Below, one piece after another: positions 54,036 to 63,983 of a DNA stretch of 64,000 bases. The translations under genes were made by a program, and so were the position numbers. Under the pieces are notes generated by a model that saw only the letters and a list, made by a program, of their open reading frames with translations, was not told the DNA's origin and searched no databases. This stretch comes from a virus. Its lineage: Duplodnaviria; Heunggongvirae; Uroviricota; Caudoviricetes. Positions within the stretch are counted from its first letter, which is position 1. Each line of letters begins with the position of its first letter. Location: the IMG/VR virus record IMGVR_UViG_3300036884_000676. One strand, given 5' to 3'.

Positions 54036-54434
54036 TTATTTTTTAACAACTTCTAAACCACTCGTATTGGTATCAGTTGATTTAGGCATTTTCTTTGGGT
54101 CTTTTTCTGGGATATCAGTTGGTACTGGTTTTTTATCATCATCCACAGTATAACCTAAACTCTTTCGAGCATCATTTTTAACAAAATCTTCATAAGAACA
54201 AATATATCTATCAATTGGATTATCCCACCAGAATAAATTATTTTGTTGATGTTTTTTTAAATCAGAAATTACCCTATCACCAATATCAGAATGCATCGTT
54301 TTGGTTTCTGGACCAATTTTTACTTCTTGATTCCCCATGATTTCTGCACGAATTCTTTTCAACTGATCAACAGTTGATTGTCTTGGTAAACTTTCATACA
54401 ATTTATCTCTAAATATGCTAAATTTTGCAATCAT
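54036..54434 (-). CDS. Hypothetical protein with CTS-like N-terminus
   Basis: MIAKFSIFRDKLYE; TAATATATA upstream. Confidence 0.55.
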   Translation of the reverse strand: MIAKFSIFRDKLYESLPRQSTVDQLKRIRAEIMGNQEVKIGPETKTMHSDIGDRVISDLKKHQQNNLFWWDNPIDRYICSYEDFVKNDARKSLGYTVDDDKKPVPTDIPEKDPKKMPKSTDTNTSGLEVVKK

Positions 54435-54453
54435 ATGGGTATATATTAATTTT

Positions 54454-55092
54454 TTAAATCAAATATTCGTAATCTATTCTATCAGTAGTATCTATATCAA
54501 ATCCAGTAACAACACTAATCCAAAATAAGATATCACCAATTTGAACATCTCCATCATTCACTCTTGCTTGAGATGGATCTCCATTAGCTGACACTGAAGT
54601 GAAATAAGTTCCTATTTTTCCCCAAGGTCCATCTGGAATACCAGCATATACTTGACCTCCAGAATTAACGATAATCTTAACTCTCGATTTTGGTTTTTGT
54701 AAAACTGGAGCATTTCCGTACAAAGCAGGTGTTCCACCACTAACAAACATAGGTGTAATACCTGATGTTGATTGACAAATCATTTGAATGTTCAATGTAT
54801 TAAATGTAGGTCTTTCTCCTTCCACCATTTCACCAGTTTGAACAAGTAATGTTTTTCTTATAGATTCTAATTTATCCAATGCAAGTTGGGCCGTTTCACG
54901 AGAATCGAAACTCAACATAATATCATTTCGATTAGTAATTTTGATAACCACACAATTATTCTTAACAAACCAATGAGATAAATCCAGAATAATACTATAT
55001 CTGAAATTCCCATCCTTATCCACTATAATTATTCTGGTTGTATCTCCATTTGGAATTGAAACAAAATTCTCTAATTTGTAATTGTATGTCAT
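54454..55092 (-). CDS. Putative virion structural protein
   Basis: Beta-rich; ends D.TDRIDYEY like tail/baseplate-associated proteins. Confidence 0.5.
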   Translation of the reverse strand: MTYNYKLENFVSIPNGDTTRIIIVDKDGNFRYSIILDLSHWFVKNNCVVIKITNRNDIMLSFDSRETAQLALDKLESIRKTLLVQTGEMVEGERPTFNTLNIQMICQSTSGITPMFVSGGTPALYGNAPVLQKPKSRVKIIVNSGGQVYAGIPDGPWGKIGTYFTSVSANGDPSQARVNDGDVQIGDILFWISVVTGFDIDTTDRIDYEYLI

Positions 55093-55113
55093 TCTTTTTT
55101 ATTTTTTAATTTT

Positions 55114-55671
55114 TTATTTCATCATCGGAATAATTTCACTATCTTCCCCTACTGTTGATACTATTTGCCATCCCATCTTTAACCAAGATTTTAACTCCGC
55201 TTCCAATTCTTCCACTTCTTTTAATACATCTTTTAATTCATATTCACCAACTGGTAATCTTAAATAAGTGGAATTAAATCTCAAACCTTCATTAATAGAT
55301 TTGGACTCTTTTATAATGTCTTTAAATCTTTTTACTTTATAACTCTCTTTATGTATATCTGAATCACTACTTCTATGATTCTGATGTGGTTTAAATCCCA
55401 TTTCGAAATCCAAAATTCTGGCATATTTATTAAATAACATTTTTTCATCACCCTCTAAATATTTCCAAAGTTCATCGTCATAAGCGTCCATTCCACCAAT
55501 AGAACCTTCGTGCCCACTTCCATGTAAATCATCATTCAATAACTTTAGAGCTTTTCTTCTAAGTTCTCTATATTTTATTCTGAGTTCGTCTTTATCGAAA
55601 CTTTTGAGTTTAAGATATTCATCATAATACTCTTTATCCCTTTTGAAAAATTCATCATCTATCATATTCAT
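55114..55671 (-). CDS. Hypothetical protein with an internal CTS-like segment
   Basis: KVKRFKDIIKESKSINE. Confidence 0.55.
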   Translation of the reverse strand: MNMIDDEFFKRDKEYYDEYLKLKSFDKDELRIKYRELRRKALKLLNDDLHGSGHEGSIGGMDAYDDELWKYLEGDEKMLFNKYARILDFEMGFKPHQNHRSSDSDIHKESYKVKRFKDIIKESKSINEGLRFNSTYLRLPVGEYELKDVLKEVEELEAELKSWLKMGWQIVSTVGEDSEIIPMMK

Positions 55672-55684
55672 TTAATTATTTTTA

Positions 55685-56878
55685 TTAAACACTAATATAA
55701 ACCGTTACCCATGTTGTACTGTTTGCCCAATAACCAGTTATCCATTGTCCACCAACATATGTGGCTATAACTATATATTTTTGTTCTGTCCTGAAATTAT
55801 TTGCTAAATCGTTTATTTCAAAATACACATCATAAATTCCAATATCTGTCATTCCAGTTATTGGAACTAAATCATTATACCCATATATCGTGATAACAGA
55901 ATCATATTTACTAATTATTCCATCTACATTATCTGTTATTCCAGAAATAAATATATCTTGAAGATTAATTGAATTATATGTTGTTCCACTTGTAAGAATA
56001 AAAGCGGTTGTTGAACCACTGGTGATTCCAGTTGTTACCCCAGAAAGAACAGGATTCCATGTAAAAACAGGTGGAGTAGTATCAATTGGAGGATTATTAA
56101 TAGTTAAGTTTCTATATCTTTCAGATCTCAATACCCAATTTATTCTACTATTTGCTTGGTCTGTATTAAATTCACTTAGGAATTGCAATTTCACTTTTTC
56201 TTCTGTATCTAAACCAATCAATAATGTCAAAGCATCAATTTTTTCAATGGTTCTGATATTAGCATATGGTATATAAATTAATGAATTACCATCTATATCA
56301 ATAACTTTTAATTCGGTAGAACCAGTTGAGGTTGGGATTGTATAATTAACATAATCAGATATAATTGAATTGTAATAAAGTCCACTGAAGAAACTTGTTC
56401 TTTTGAATTGATCAGGATTTGATAGTGAACTTTGTCCAAGGTTTGCCATAAGTATTTCCAAAACCACTTTGTTCTTCGTTGATTTATTATTGAAATAAAT
56501 TTGTGGAATTCTTTTAGCACTATTACCAGTTAAAACTAACATTTGACCCATTGTTCTTATTTGAGTTGGATCATCAGCGTAATAATATTCTATGTATTGT
56601 TCGGTTTCTTGAACCCACATCGGATCTATTGGAGTATATTTTGCTCTAACCATTAAAAAAGTTATATTATTACCCAAGAATCCATATAAAAGTGGTTGAT
56701 CAGAAGATTCAGGATTTAATATCATTTGAGCCAGATTAAAATTTTCATAATGAAACTCTAATCCCTCTAAATTTAATTTACCTTTTAAGTTAGGTCCTTC
56801 TACCACAATCATTGCACATTCATAAGGTCTAATAATCTTATCAGCGGCGTAGAACATATTTGGTTGTATATATGGCAT
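55685..56878 (-). CDS. Putative virion protein with C-terminal Ig-like DTTPP domain
   Basis: DTTPPVF...DNVDG...GIYDVYFEINDLANN. Confidence 0.6.
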   Translation of the reverse strand: MPYIQPNMFYAADKIIRPYECAMIVVEGPNLKGKLNLEGLEFHYENFNLAQMILNPESSDQPLLYGFLGNNITFLMVRAKYTPIDPMWVQETEQYIEYYYADDPTQIRTMGQMLVLTGNSAKRIPQIYFNNKSTKNKVVLEILMANLGQSSLSNPDQFKRTSFFSGLYYNSIISDYVNYTIPTSTGSTELKVIDIDGNSLIYIPYANIRTIEKIDALTLLIGLDTEEKVKLQFLSEFNTDQANSRINWVLRSERYRNLTINNPPIDTTPPVFTWNPVLSGVTTGITSGSTTAFILTSGTTYNSINLQDIFISGITDNVDGIISKYDSVITIYGYNDLVPITGMTDIGIYDVYFEINDLANNFRTEQKYIVIATYVGGQWITGYWANSTTWVTVYISV

Positions 56879-56889
56879 TTTATTTTAAT

Positions 56890-57279
56890 TTATTTTTTAT
56901 TTGGATTTTTTTGGGCCCATTCAACTCCAGCTTTAAAAGTATCTACTATCATATGTTCTAAATAAGTTGGATGCATTTCTTTCATATCCGGTCCCGTCTC
57001 TTTTCTCACATGATTAATTTGAACATTATCAACTAATAAATCTTTACAATAATTCCAAGCAGCTCCCTGTGAATTTCCAGCTGATAGAGTTTCTGGTGTT
57101 AATTCTTCTTTAATTACATCAAGACCAGTTTCAGTCCTCTTAGTCTTTTTTTGTTCTTCTGGATTCCATGTTTTTTCGAAATCTTCAAAATCCATAAGAT
57201 TGTTCAATTTTTTATCAGAACCAGCTTTCATTTGAGAAACTTCGATTCCCGGTTCATTACACTCATTCTTTATTTTCAT
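56890..57279 (-). CDS. Protein carrying a third copy of the 35-aa module
   Basis: KKLNNLMDFEDFEKTWNPEEQKKTKRTETGLDVIKE. Confidence 0.6.
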   Translation of the reverse strand: MKIKNECNEPGIEVSQMKAGSDKKLNNLMDFEDFEKTWNPEEQKKTKRTETGLDVIKEELTPETLSAGNSQGAAWNYCKDLLVDNVQINHVRKETGPDMKEMHPTYLEHMIVDTFKAGVEWAQKNPNKK

Positions 57280-57291
57280 TTTTATTTTAAT

Positions 57292-57654
57292 TTATTTTTG
57301 ATCACCGAATAAAACATTATCTATAAGTGGATTATACGGATGAAAGTTTACATCAATAATTGTTTCTCCTTTATATATATTTCCAATTAAATACTTTAAT
57401 TTAGCCTTTTCAAATTGTCCCTTTGTATTCAATAGTATTCTGATACTTCCAAATCTGATATCAAATGGTTTATCGGGATGATTTGTCGAAAATTCTTTCT
57501 TAGTTCTGTCTGTAACTATTAAGCAAACCCATTTCTTTCCTATCTTTCTTCGTATCTTTTGATACTCTTTTGCATATGCAGTCATCTTAGGCTTTTTCGG
57601 TTTCTTCAATTTCTTTTTTTCTAATAAGAATTCATCAAATCTTAATATTATCAT
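57292..57654 (-). CDS. Basic putative head protein (MIILRFDEFLLE)
   Basis: CTS-like N-terminus. Confidence 0.55.
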   Translation of the reverse strand: MIILRFDEFLLEKKKLKKPKKPKMTAYAKEYQKIRRKIGKKWVCLIVTDRTKKEFSTNHPDKPFDIRFGSIRILLNTKGQFEKAKLKYLIGNIYKGETIIDVNFHPYNPLIDNVLFGDQK

Positions 57655-57666
57655 ATTCGTATAATT

Positions 57667-57897
57667 TTATTTTCCCCAATCTTTTCCCTCAGGTGAAATT
57701 TTTACCAGTTCTTTAATTCTTGTTATTGCTTTATCAAAACAATCAAAGAGCTCATCGTCACCTACTAAATTATAGAGTTCACCCTTTAAAGATTCTATTG
57801 TTTTAATATAAGACTTAGCCACTTTTTGTTCTTCTGGATTTTTGGGTAATGCCCATGTTCCTTCATTAACAAACTCATTAAATTTCTTCATTTTCAT
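57667..57897 (-). CDS. Putative head-packaged protein (MKMKKFNEFVNE)
   Basis: CTS-like N-terminus. Confidence 0.6.
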   Translation of the reverse strand: MKMKKFNEFVNEGTWALPKNPEEQKVAKSYIKTIESLKGELYNLVGDDELFDCFDKAITRIKELVKISPEGKDWGK

Positions 57898-57950
57898 GGA
57901 TTTTGATTTCTTTTCTTTAATATATATTAAAAAACTAAAATACTTTTTCA

Positions 57951-60419
57951 ATGAATTATCTTCTTAGTAAAAAATATGATGGAACATTCACTATTAACTT
58001 TATCGGAACTGAAATGTTAAGCCAAACAGGTAATACTTTGAAATTGGTTACTACAGCTCCAATTAGTGGAATAAAGGATATATATCTAACAGGGGCAACG
58101 ATTGATGGGTCTAATAGTTATCAATATTTGAAGATATTCTTTAAATATAAAAATATACCAGATATAAATGATCTAAAATGTGGAGATTGTTGGAGTGATT
58201 TAATACCGATTGAACAAATAACAGGTATAACTTTCAGTGAAAGTGTTCCTTTTAACATCGAATTATACATATATCGAATTGATGATGGTCCTTTTGATAG
58301 TTTTCATCCGAGATCGTCCATTTACATTTCAAACATAACTTTATATGGTGATTACGATTTGAATTATACTGATGGGGCATTTACCATAAGTGGAACAACA
58401 GAATCAATCATTCTAAAACCAAAAGATATCTATAAAGTATTTTCAGTATCAGATTTTCAAGTTATCGGAAATTTAAATATTTCAAACCTTGATATTAAAT
58501 GGCGTGTTACACAAACTGATGGAAGAACATTCTCACAATGGGAGCCATTAACAAAAGAAAATATATCTTCATATAAATTCAATGAATTGAGATTTGCACA
58601 GGTTCAATATCTTATAACTCCACTAACCAATGATCCTGAACCAGCAAATATTTACGATATTATATTAATCGGTGATTTTCAGAATGTATCGGCCAATTAT
58701 TTAAAAACTAATAAATATGGATTAAGAGAAGATTGTTTAACAACATATTTACAAGCAACTGGAACAACACAAATTTGTGGCTTGAATGTACAATCAACTG
58801 ATCCGAATGATCCTTCAAATTGGAATACAGTAAAACCAGCCAATGCACCTCTTAGTGATCGTGAATTAAACTTGAATGCTTATACACAAGGATTGAGTTG
58901 TTATAGTAATCCAGACGCTAATGTGGAGGGTGCTTTAACGGCTGAAAATACAGCCAACTCTTCTACTTTTTGGCAACCGTATAATATAGATGCAATAACG
59001 GCCTATTATAATTCATTAGCCAATCAAGTAAGTCAATTATTTGGATGGAATGTTGACTACCACTTGACAGATCCAGATAGAAATGGTATAGATTATATCT
59101 TACACGAATACCAGTTGAAGAATATTATTGATGTAAAAACTATAAGAGTAATTGTTCCAGAAAATAAATTTCCAGAAAATCAACCAAGAGCAAATACGGT
59201 TTATTTAGATTTATTTGACAAATTCGAAATTCATATATTAAAAGATGAATTCAAAAGTAAATTCGGTGTTCATCGCCGTCCAAGTGAAGATGATATTATC
59301 TTTTTCTGTCCTTTAAATAGGTTATATTATGTTTCAAGTTCAAATGTATACAGAGATGTTATGAACGCTGGAATATATTATAAAGTCATGTTAGAAAAAT
59401 ACGAACAGAAAGCCAATATTCTTAATCTTTCCGCTGAAAGTAAAGCCAAATTGGGAGATCTTACAAGAAGTACAACAATGGAAGAATTATTTGGTCAGGA
59501 AATTAAAGAAGATTCCGACAAAATAGCAAATAAAGATCAATTCAAACCATTTACCTTCGATGTAATGAGATATATTGTGAATAATAAGGTAATTCGTGTA
59601 AAGCAAGACATTTGGAATGGGAATATAAACTATGCGGTGAATTATTATAACTTTAAAGATGCCATCAGTAAACAATGTGTTTTATACAAAAAAACAGATA
59701 ACTCAGTTAAGGTATCAGATAACAGAAGTTTCACTTTATGGTTTAATTTTAATAATGGTTGGGATGCTTTGAATCCAGCCAGAAATGCTTGGAAACAATA
59801 TGACATAGACCAGACTACTAATTTCCAATTGTTGAATAATTTTGATGAAACAAATAAATTGGGATATAGAATTTGGTATTTCAAAAAAGATATCAATTTC
59901 CAAATCAACAATTCATTTTATAAATTACAAAATCTGTCATTACTAACAAATATTTGGTATGGATTAGTTGTCATGTTAGATAACAGACAAAGAGTAGTTG
60001 AATTGAAATTATACCAGAGAGATAATGATTATGATATTACTTTCATTGAACCTAACAGTTATCAGGTCGAAACTATTTCTTGGATGGATACAACTGGTTA
60101 TACTTCATTAATAAGTAGTGGGTTTAAACCAGTTAATAATACAGAACTTCATTCAGTAAATACAACATTCAAGACGATAAACGAAACATTTTATGATGGA
60201 TTTGATCCATTTAGTTTTGATCATGATGTTGATATTCAAATTTTGGGAAGTAATATAAAATATACGAATCTCAGAATATTTAACGATGTTATTCCTACTG
60301 ATGAAATTAATAATACATTGAATGAAAATATTATCAGGAATGCCGATAAGTTGATATTGGCAGATAATGCGGATAAGAATATTTACGCTGAAAACTTTGT
60401 AAATCTTAATTGGGTGTAA
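57951..60419 (+). CDS. Large virion protein with a central T4 gp14 neck-like segment and C-terminal LamG-like region
   Basis: Q.FGW.V.Y...D...I.KDEF...PSEDDIIFFCPLNRLY.V; FTLWF...W.GLVV. Confidence 0.55.
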   Translation: MNYLLSKKYDGTFTINFIGTEMLSQTGNTLKLVTTAPISGIKDIYLTGATIDGSNSYQYLKIFFKYKNIPDINDLKCGDCWSDLIPIEQITGITFSESVPFNIELYIYRIDDGPFDSFHPRSSIYISNITLYGDYDLNYTDGAFTISGTTESIILKPKDIYKVFSVSDFQVIGNLNISNLDIKWRVTQTDGRTFSQWEPLTKENISSYKFNELRFAQVQYLITPLTNDPEPANIYDIILIGDFQNVSANYLKTNKYGLREDCLTTYLQATGTTQICGLNVQSTDPNDPSNWNTVKPANAPLSDRELNLNAYTQGLSCYSNPDANVEGALTAENTANSSTFWQPYNIDAITAYYNSLANQVSQLFGWNVDYHLTDPDRNGIDYILHEYQLKNIIDVKTIRVIVPENKFPENQPRANTVYLDLFDKFEIHILKDEFKSKFGVHRRPSEDDIIFFCPLNRLYYVSSSNVYRDVMNAGIYYKVMLEKYEQKANILNLSAESKAKLGDLTRSTTMEELFGQEIKEDSDKIANKDQFKPFTFDVMRYIVNNKVIRVKQDIWNGNINYAVNYYNFKDAISKQCVLYKKTDNSVKVSDNRSFTLWFNFNNGWDALNPARNAWKQYDIDQTTNFQLLNNFDETNKLGYRIWYFKKDINFQINNSFYKLQNLSLLTNIWYGLVVMLDNRQRVVELKLYQRDNDYDITFIEPNSYQVETISWMDTTGYTSLISSGFKPVNNTELHSVNTTFKTINETFYDGFDPFSFDHDVDIQILGSNIKYTNLRIFNDVIPTDEINNTLNENIIRNADKLILADNADKNIYAENFVNLNWV

Positions 60420-60450
60420 ACATTTTTCTTATTTTTTGATATAATATATT

Positions 60451-61257
60451 ATGATAAAGAAATTTAATGCCTATAAATCATTGACATTGAAATACATGAT
60501 ATTTGATTGGGATAACAACATTCTACATATGCCCACTCCAATTCATATCGAAGTCTTAAAAAAAGGCAAATGGATTCCAAAAGATATACTACCAGAAGAA
60601 TTTGCCAAAATAAGAACAAATGAAAATTGGAGAAACAGGAATAATGATTTTGTATTGACATTTCAAGAATTTAGAGATACAGGGCCAAGGGGTAATAAAT
60701 CTTTTCTCGAAGATGCTAAGAAATCTGTTTTGAGGGGTAATTTTGGTCCCTGTTTTCAAGATTTTATCAAAACATTAATCAATGGTAATATTTTTCTTAT
60801 TATTACCGCTCGTGGTCATGAACCAGAAACAATAAAACATTTTGTTAAATGGCTGATTTGTAATTATTTGACTCCAGAACAAAGAATAAAAATGAAAAAA
60901 AATCTGGAGAAATTTCAAAAACTTTTTAATTCAAAAGATTCCACCATTCATTCTTATTTGGATACTTGTGAGTTTATTGGTATTATGTCTCAATATTTTA
61001 GAAATAGATTTGGATTGGACTTTGAGAATACCCAAAATGTTGAAGAGGGTAAGGAATTGGCCATTGATTCATTCTTGATTAGATTACAAAATTTTGCCAC
61101 TAAAATCGGAGCTAAATTAAAAGTAGGTTTCTCCGATGATGATGAAAATACTGTAAGACATATGACAGATTTCTTTAAAGAGAAAGATCTTGATGTCGCT
61201 GTTGATTATTATATTTTCAATACTTCAAATAAGGGGAAAGAAAAAGTTAAGATATAA
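60451..61257 (+). CDS. HAD-superfamily hydrolase
   Basis: IFDWDNNIL, IITARGH, K, GFSDDD. Confidence 0.7.
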   Translation: MIKKFNAYKSLTLKYMIFDWDNNILHMPTPIHIEVLKKGKWIPKDILPEEFAKIRTNENWRNRNNDFVLTFQEFRDTGPRGNKSFLEDAKKSVLRGNFGPCFQDFIKTLINGNIFLIITARGHEPETIKHFVKWLICNYLTPEQRIKMKKNLEKFQKLFNSKDSTIHSYLDTCEFIGIMSQYFRNRFGLDFENTQNVEEGKELAIDSFLIRLQNFATKIGAKLKVGFSDDDENTVRHMTDFFKEKDLDVAVDYYIFNTSNKGKEKVKI

Positions 61258-61780
61258 CCTCTATTTTCAATATATCTGAATAAAAAGTATCAAACACTAA
61301 TATTTCTTTTTCTGAATTATATTCAGACCATCCAGAGATTTGTGATCTGGTTATTGGATTTGTTATTAATTTTTTTTGTCTTTCAGTTATTTTATCCATA
61401 ACCAAATCCAAAGATACTGGATATTTAACATCTTTTAAGTCTAAGGTATATAAGTAAGAAAACATATCTTCCGAATCTGGTTCAATAAAACCCATGGCAA
61501 TTTCCTTTTCGTATGACCAAGATATACCAGCGTTGTTCTTAGGTGAAAATCTAATTGGTTTCGTTATTTCATAATCTCTTGATTCTCCCCTATAAACTAA
61601 AGTATTTTTTGTCATTTCTTTAACTAAGTTATAACTTTCCTGAAACAAATTTGAAGGTATTTTGTTTACATCTTCAATAAACTTTATAGTTTGTTGTGCA
61701 AAGAAATCCATAAACCAGATGGCTAATTCATCTGGTATTGATTCTTTCATTCCCTCAAATACTTTAAAATTTACAATCAT
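61247..61780 (-). CDS. CTS-like N-terminus plus R-S-E type ADP-ribosyltransferase-like domain
   Basis: MIVNFKVFE; VYRG...ISWS...SEKEIL. Confidence 0.65.
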   Translation of the reverse strand: MIVNFKVFEGMKESIPDELAIWFMDFFAQQTIKFIEDVNKIPSNLFQESYNLVKEMTKNTLVYRGESRDYEITKPIRFSPKNNAGISWSYEKEIAMGFIEPDSEDMFSYLYTLDLKDVKYPVSLDLVMDKITERQKKLITNPITRSQISGWSEYNSEKEILVFDTFYSDILKIEVIS

Positions 61781-61950
61781 AGATTTATATATTAAAATCC
61801 ACAATTATTTTCTTATCGTCTGGACTGAATTCGATATTCACTGAATGAATATGATTTTTTAATTCCTCTGTTAATTCCAAAACTCTTTTCATTATTTTTG
61901 ATTTAATCTGATCGTTGTTCATTTTATCTTTTTATTTTTATATATAGAAA

Positions 61951-63507
61951 GTGATGAAGTTAGACAAAGAAACATATGAGAAAATCATTCATTCCAAAGA
62001 GTTTAAGGATTGGTTTGGTGATTGGGAACATCCGAATAAAAAGACCAGTAAAATAGTGGATAAAAATGGTAAACCATTGGTAGTTTATCATGGAAGCCCT
62101 TATAAATTCACAGAATTCAAATATGGTATGAATGATACTTCTGGTCAGATGGGTGCTGAATATGCTTTTTGGTTTTCAAACCTGAATGTTGCAACACATT
62201 ATTCACAATGTTATCCAAGATCGTATTACAATGAAAGGAATGAGGTTAACGAGAAATATAACGAGAAAATAGAAAAAGACAAGATTGAATTTTTAAAGAC
62301 GGTAGATATGTCGGTATGGGATGGAATGTTATCTTTCATAGAAAAGGAGTATGGTAAGTCTACTGGTTATTATAATTTAAGTAGTTGGGTGAAATCAGAT
62401 AATTGGAAAGAAGTATCAAAGACATTGATGGATTTATTGTTTTGGATAGGTAAGAAGAACATAGATGAAATCAGTCCAAAACTAAGTGAATTTGTACACT
62501 TGGATAAAAAATACGATATTGAATTGAATAAGGAATTGGAAGAAATTCAAAGTAAATACGACAATCAAGAGGGTTACATATATCCATGCTTTATAAAAGC
62601 GACAATTATTGAGGAAGAAGATGGGGAGAATGTAGGTGTGGGTTTAAATCGAGTTCCAGATAGTAGTATTCATTGTAAAATAATCAGGAATGCGGACACT
62701 GGAGCACAGTTCGCTGATGAATATGTGGTAACAAATCCTAAACGAATAAAAATAGCAACTGGTGAAAACACAACTTTCAATGGAAAGAGTAAAAATATTT
62801 ATGAAAATCATCATAGAATGATAATCAATTTTGGAGAATTTGAATTTGTATTATTAGAGAAGAATAATGAATCGATAGATGGTCAGACTATGTATAACAA
62901 GTTAATAAAAAGGTTTCCTGAAATTAACATTGACAGACCAGAAGGTATAAGTGGTGAATCCATAACGATATGGGGTATTTATAAAGGTCATGATAAATAT
63001 GAAGATATTTACAAGTGGTATGAAGATTTAGATGATAAAGAGTTTATTGACAAGTTATTGAAATACATAAACAAATTTGGTTGGTATTCAAGGGCATCAA
63101 TGACAAGGATTAAGAACACACATACATTAAGTATTTCTCCGAAGTGGAGTAAGGGGTATGTATTAATTCCAGATACATTATATCATGCTTGTCCAATGTC
63201 CAGATTAAATGATATTTTGAAACATGGTTTAAAATCCAAGTCGGAAGATATTCGACACAAGTACCCACCGAGAATCTATATGTCTACGAACAAAGAGGTT
63301 TTATATTCATTAATAAAGGAATTAAAAGTATGGAAGCAGATAGATAAAACAGATAAAGAACCATATGCGATTGTGGGTATAAATACAGATGATTTGAATT
63401 TAGGTATATTATATAAAGACCAAATGAGTTTATTTACAGGTAATTGTTACATACAAGGAAAGAGCATACCAGCTAAATACTTATGGGTAGTTGATAAAAA
63501 TATATAA
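61951..63507 (+). CDS. Multi-domain protein: ART-like domain plus internal CTS-like linker plus Tpt1-like domain
   Basis: FKDWFGDW...PLVVYHGS...FWFS; MIINFGEFEFVLLE; LYHAC...ILKHGL...RIYMS. Confidence 0.65.
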   Translation: MMKLDKETYEKIIHSKEFKDWFGDWEHPNKKTSKIVDKNGKPLVVYHGSPYKFTEFKYGMNDTSGQMGAEYAFWFSNLNVATHYSQCYPRSYYNERNEVNEKYNEKIEKDKIEFLKTVDMSVWDGMLSFIEKEYGKSTGYYNLSSWVKSDNWKEVSKTLMDLLFWIGKKNIDEISPKLSEFVHLDKKYDIELNKELEEIQSKYDNQEGYIYPCFIKATIIEEEDGENVGVGLNRVPDSSIHCKIIRNADTGAQFADEYVVTNPKRIKIATGENTTFNGKSKNIYENHHRMIINFGEFEFVLLEKNNESIDGQTMYNKLIKRFPEINIDRPEGISGESITIWGIYKGHDKYEDIYKWYEDLDDKEFIDKLLKYINKFGWYSRASMTRIKNTHTLSISPKWSKGYVLIPDTLYHACPMSRLNDILKHGLKSKSEDIRHKYPPRIYMSTNKEVLYSLIKELKVWKQIDKTDKEPYAIVGINTDDLNLGILYKDQMSLFTGNCYIQGKSIPAKYLWVVDKNI

Positions 63508-63518
63508 TACAACTTTCA

Positions 63519-63983
63519 ATGGAAAGAGAAAAAATATTTATGAAAAATCATATGATAACAAAATTTAAAATGTTTGAATATCACGAAGAAAATATAAATA
63601 AAATATTGGATAAAATAAACAAACACGGTAAAGATTCTTTAACGGATTTTGAAAAAGAAATACTTCAGAATCAGGGTGATATAAAGATACAAAAATATTA
63701 TGAAAAAGGACATTTTGAATTTGATTATGACTCTACAAAAAATGAGGATAAAAAAATAATTGTCAATGGAACTTTAAAATATAAAGGAAAAGAATATCAT
63801 GGTTGTTTCACCTATCCCCAAGAAATAGAACATGAATCGTCAATAGATGATAAATTTTATAGTGCATCTTATGGATTCTGGAAATTCTTTGATGAAAGAA
63901 ATCTTGAATTTGAACCAGATGATGATGATTTTTATGATTTAGATGATTTGATGCAGGAAGTAGAAGCCAACTTTGTAAATTAA
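63519..63983 (+). CDS. Putative head-packaged protein (MITKFKMFEY)
   Basis: CTS-like segment; INKILDKI..G..SLT..E motif shared with ORF 9317. Confidence 0.55.
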   Translation: MEREKIFMKNHMITKFKMFEYHEENINKILDKINKHGKDSLTDFEKEILQNQGDIKIQKYYEKGHFEFDYDSTKNEDKKIIVNGTLKYKGKEYHGCFTYPQEIEHESSIDDKFYSASYGFWKFFDERNLEFEPDDDDFYDLDDLMQEVEANFVN

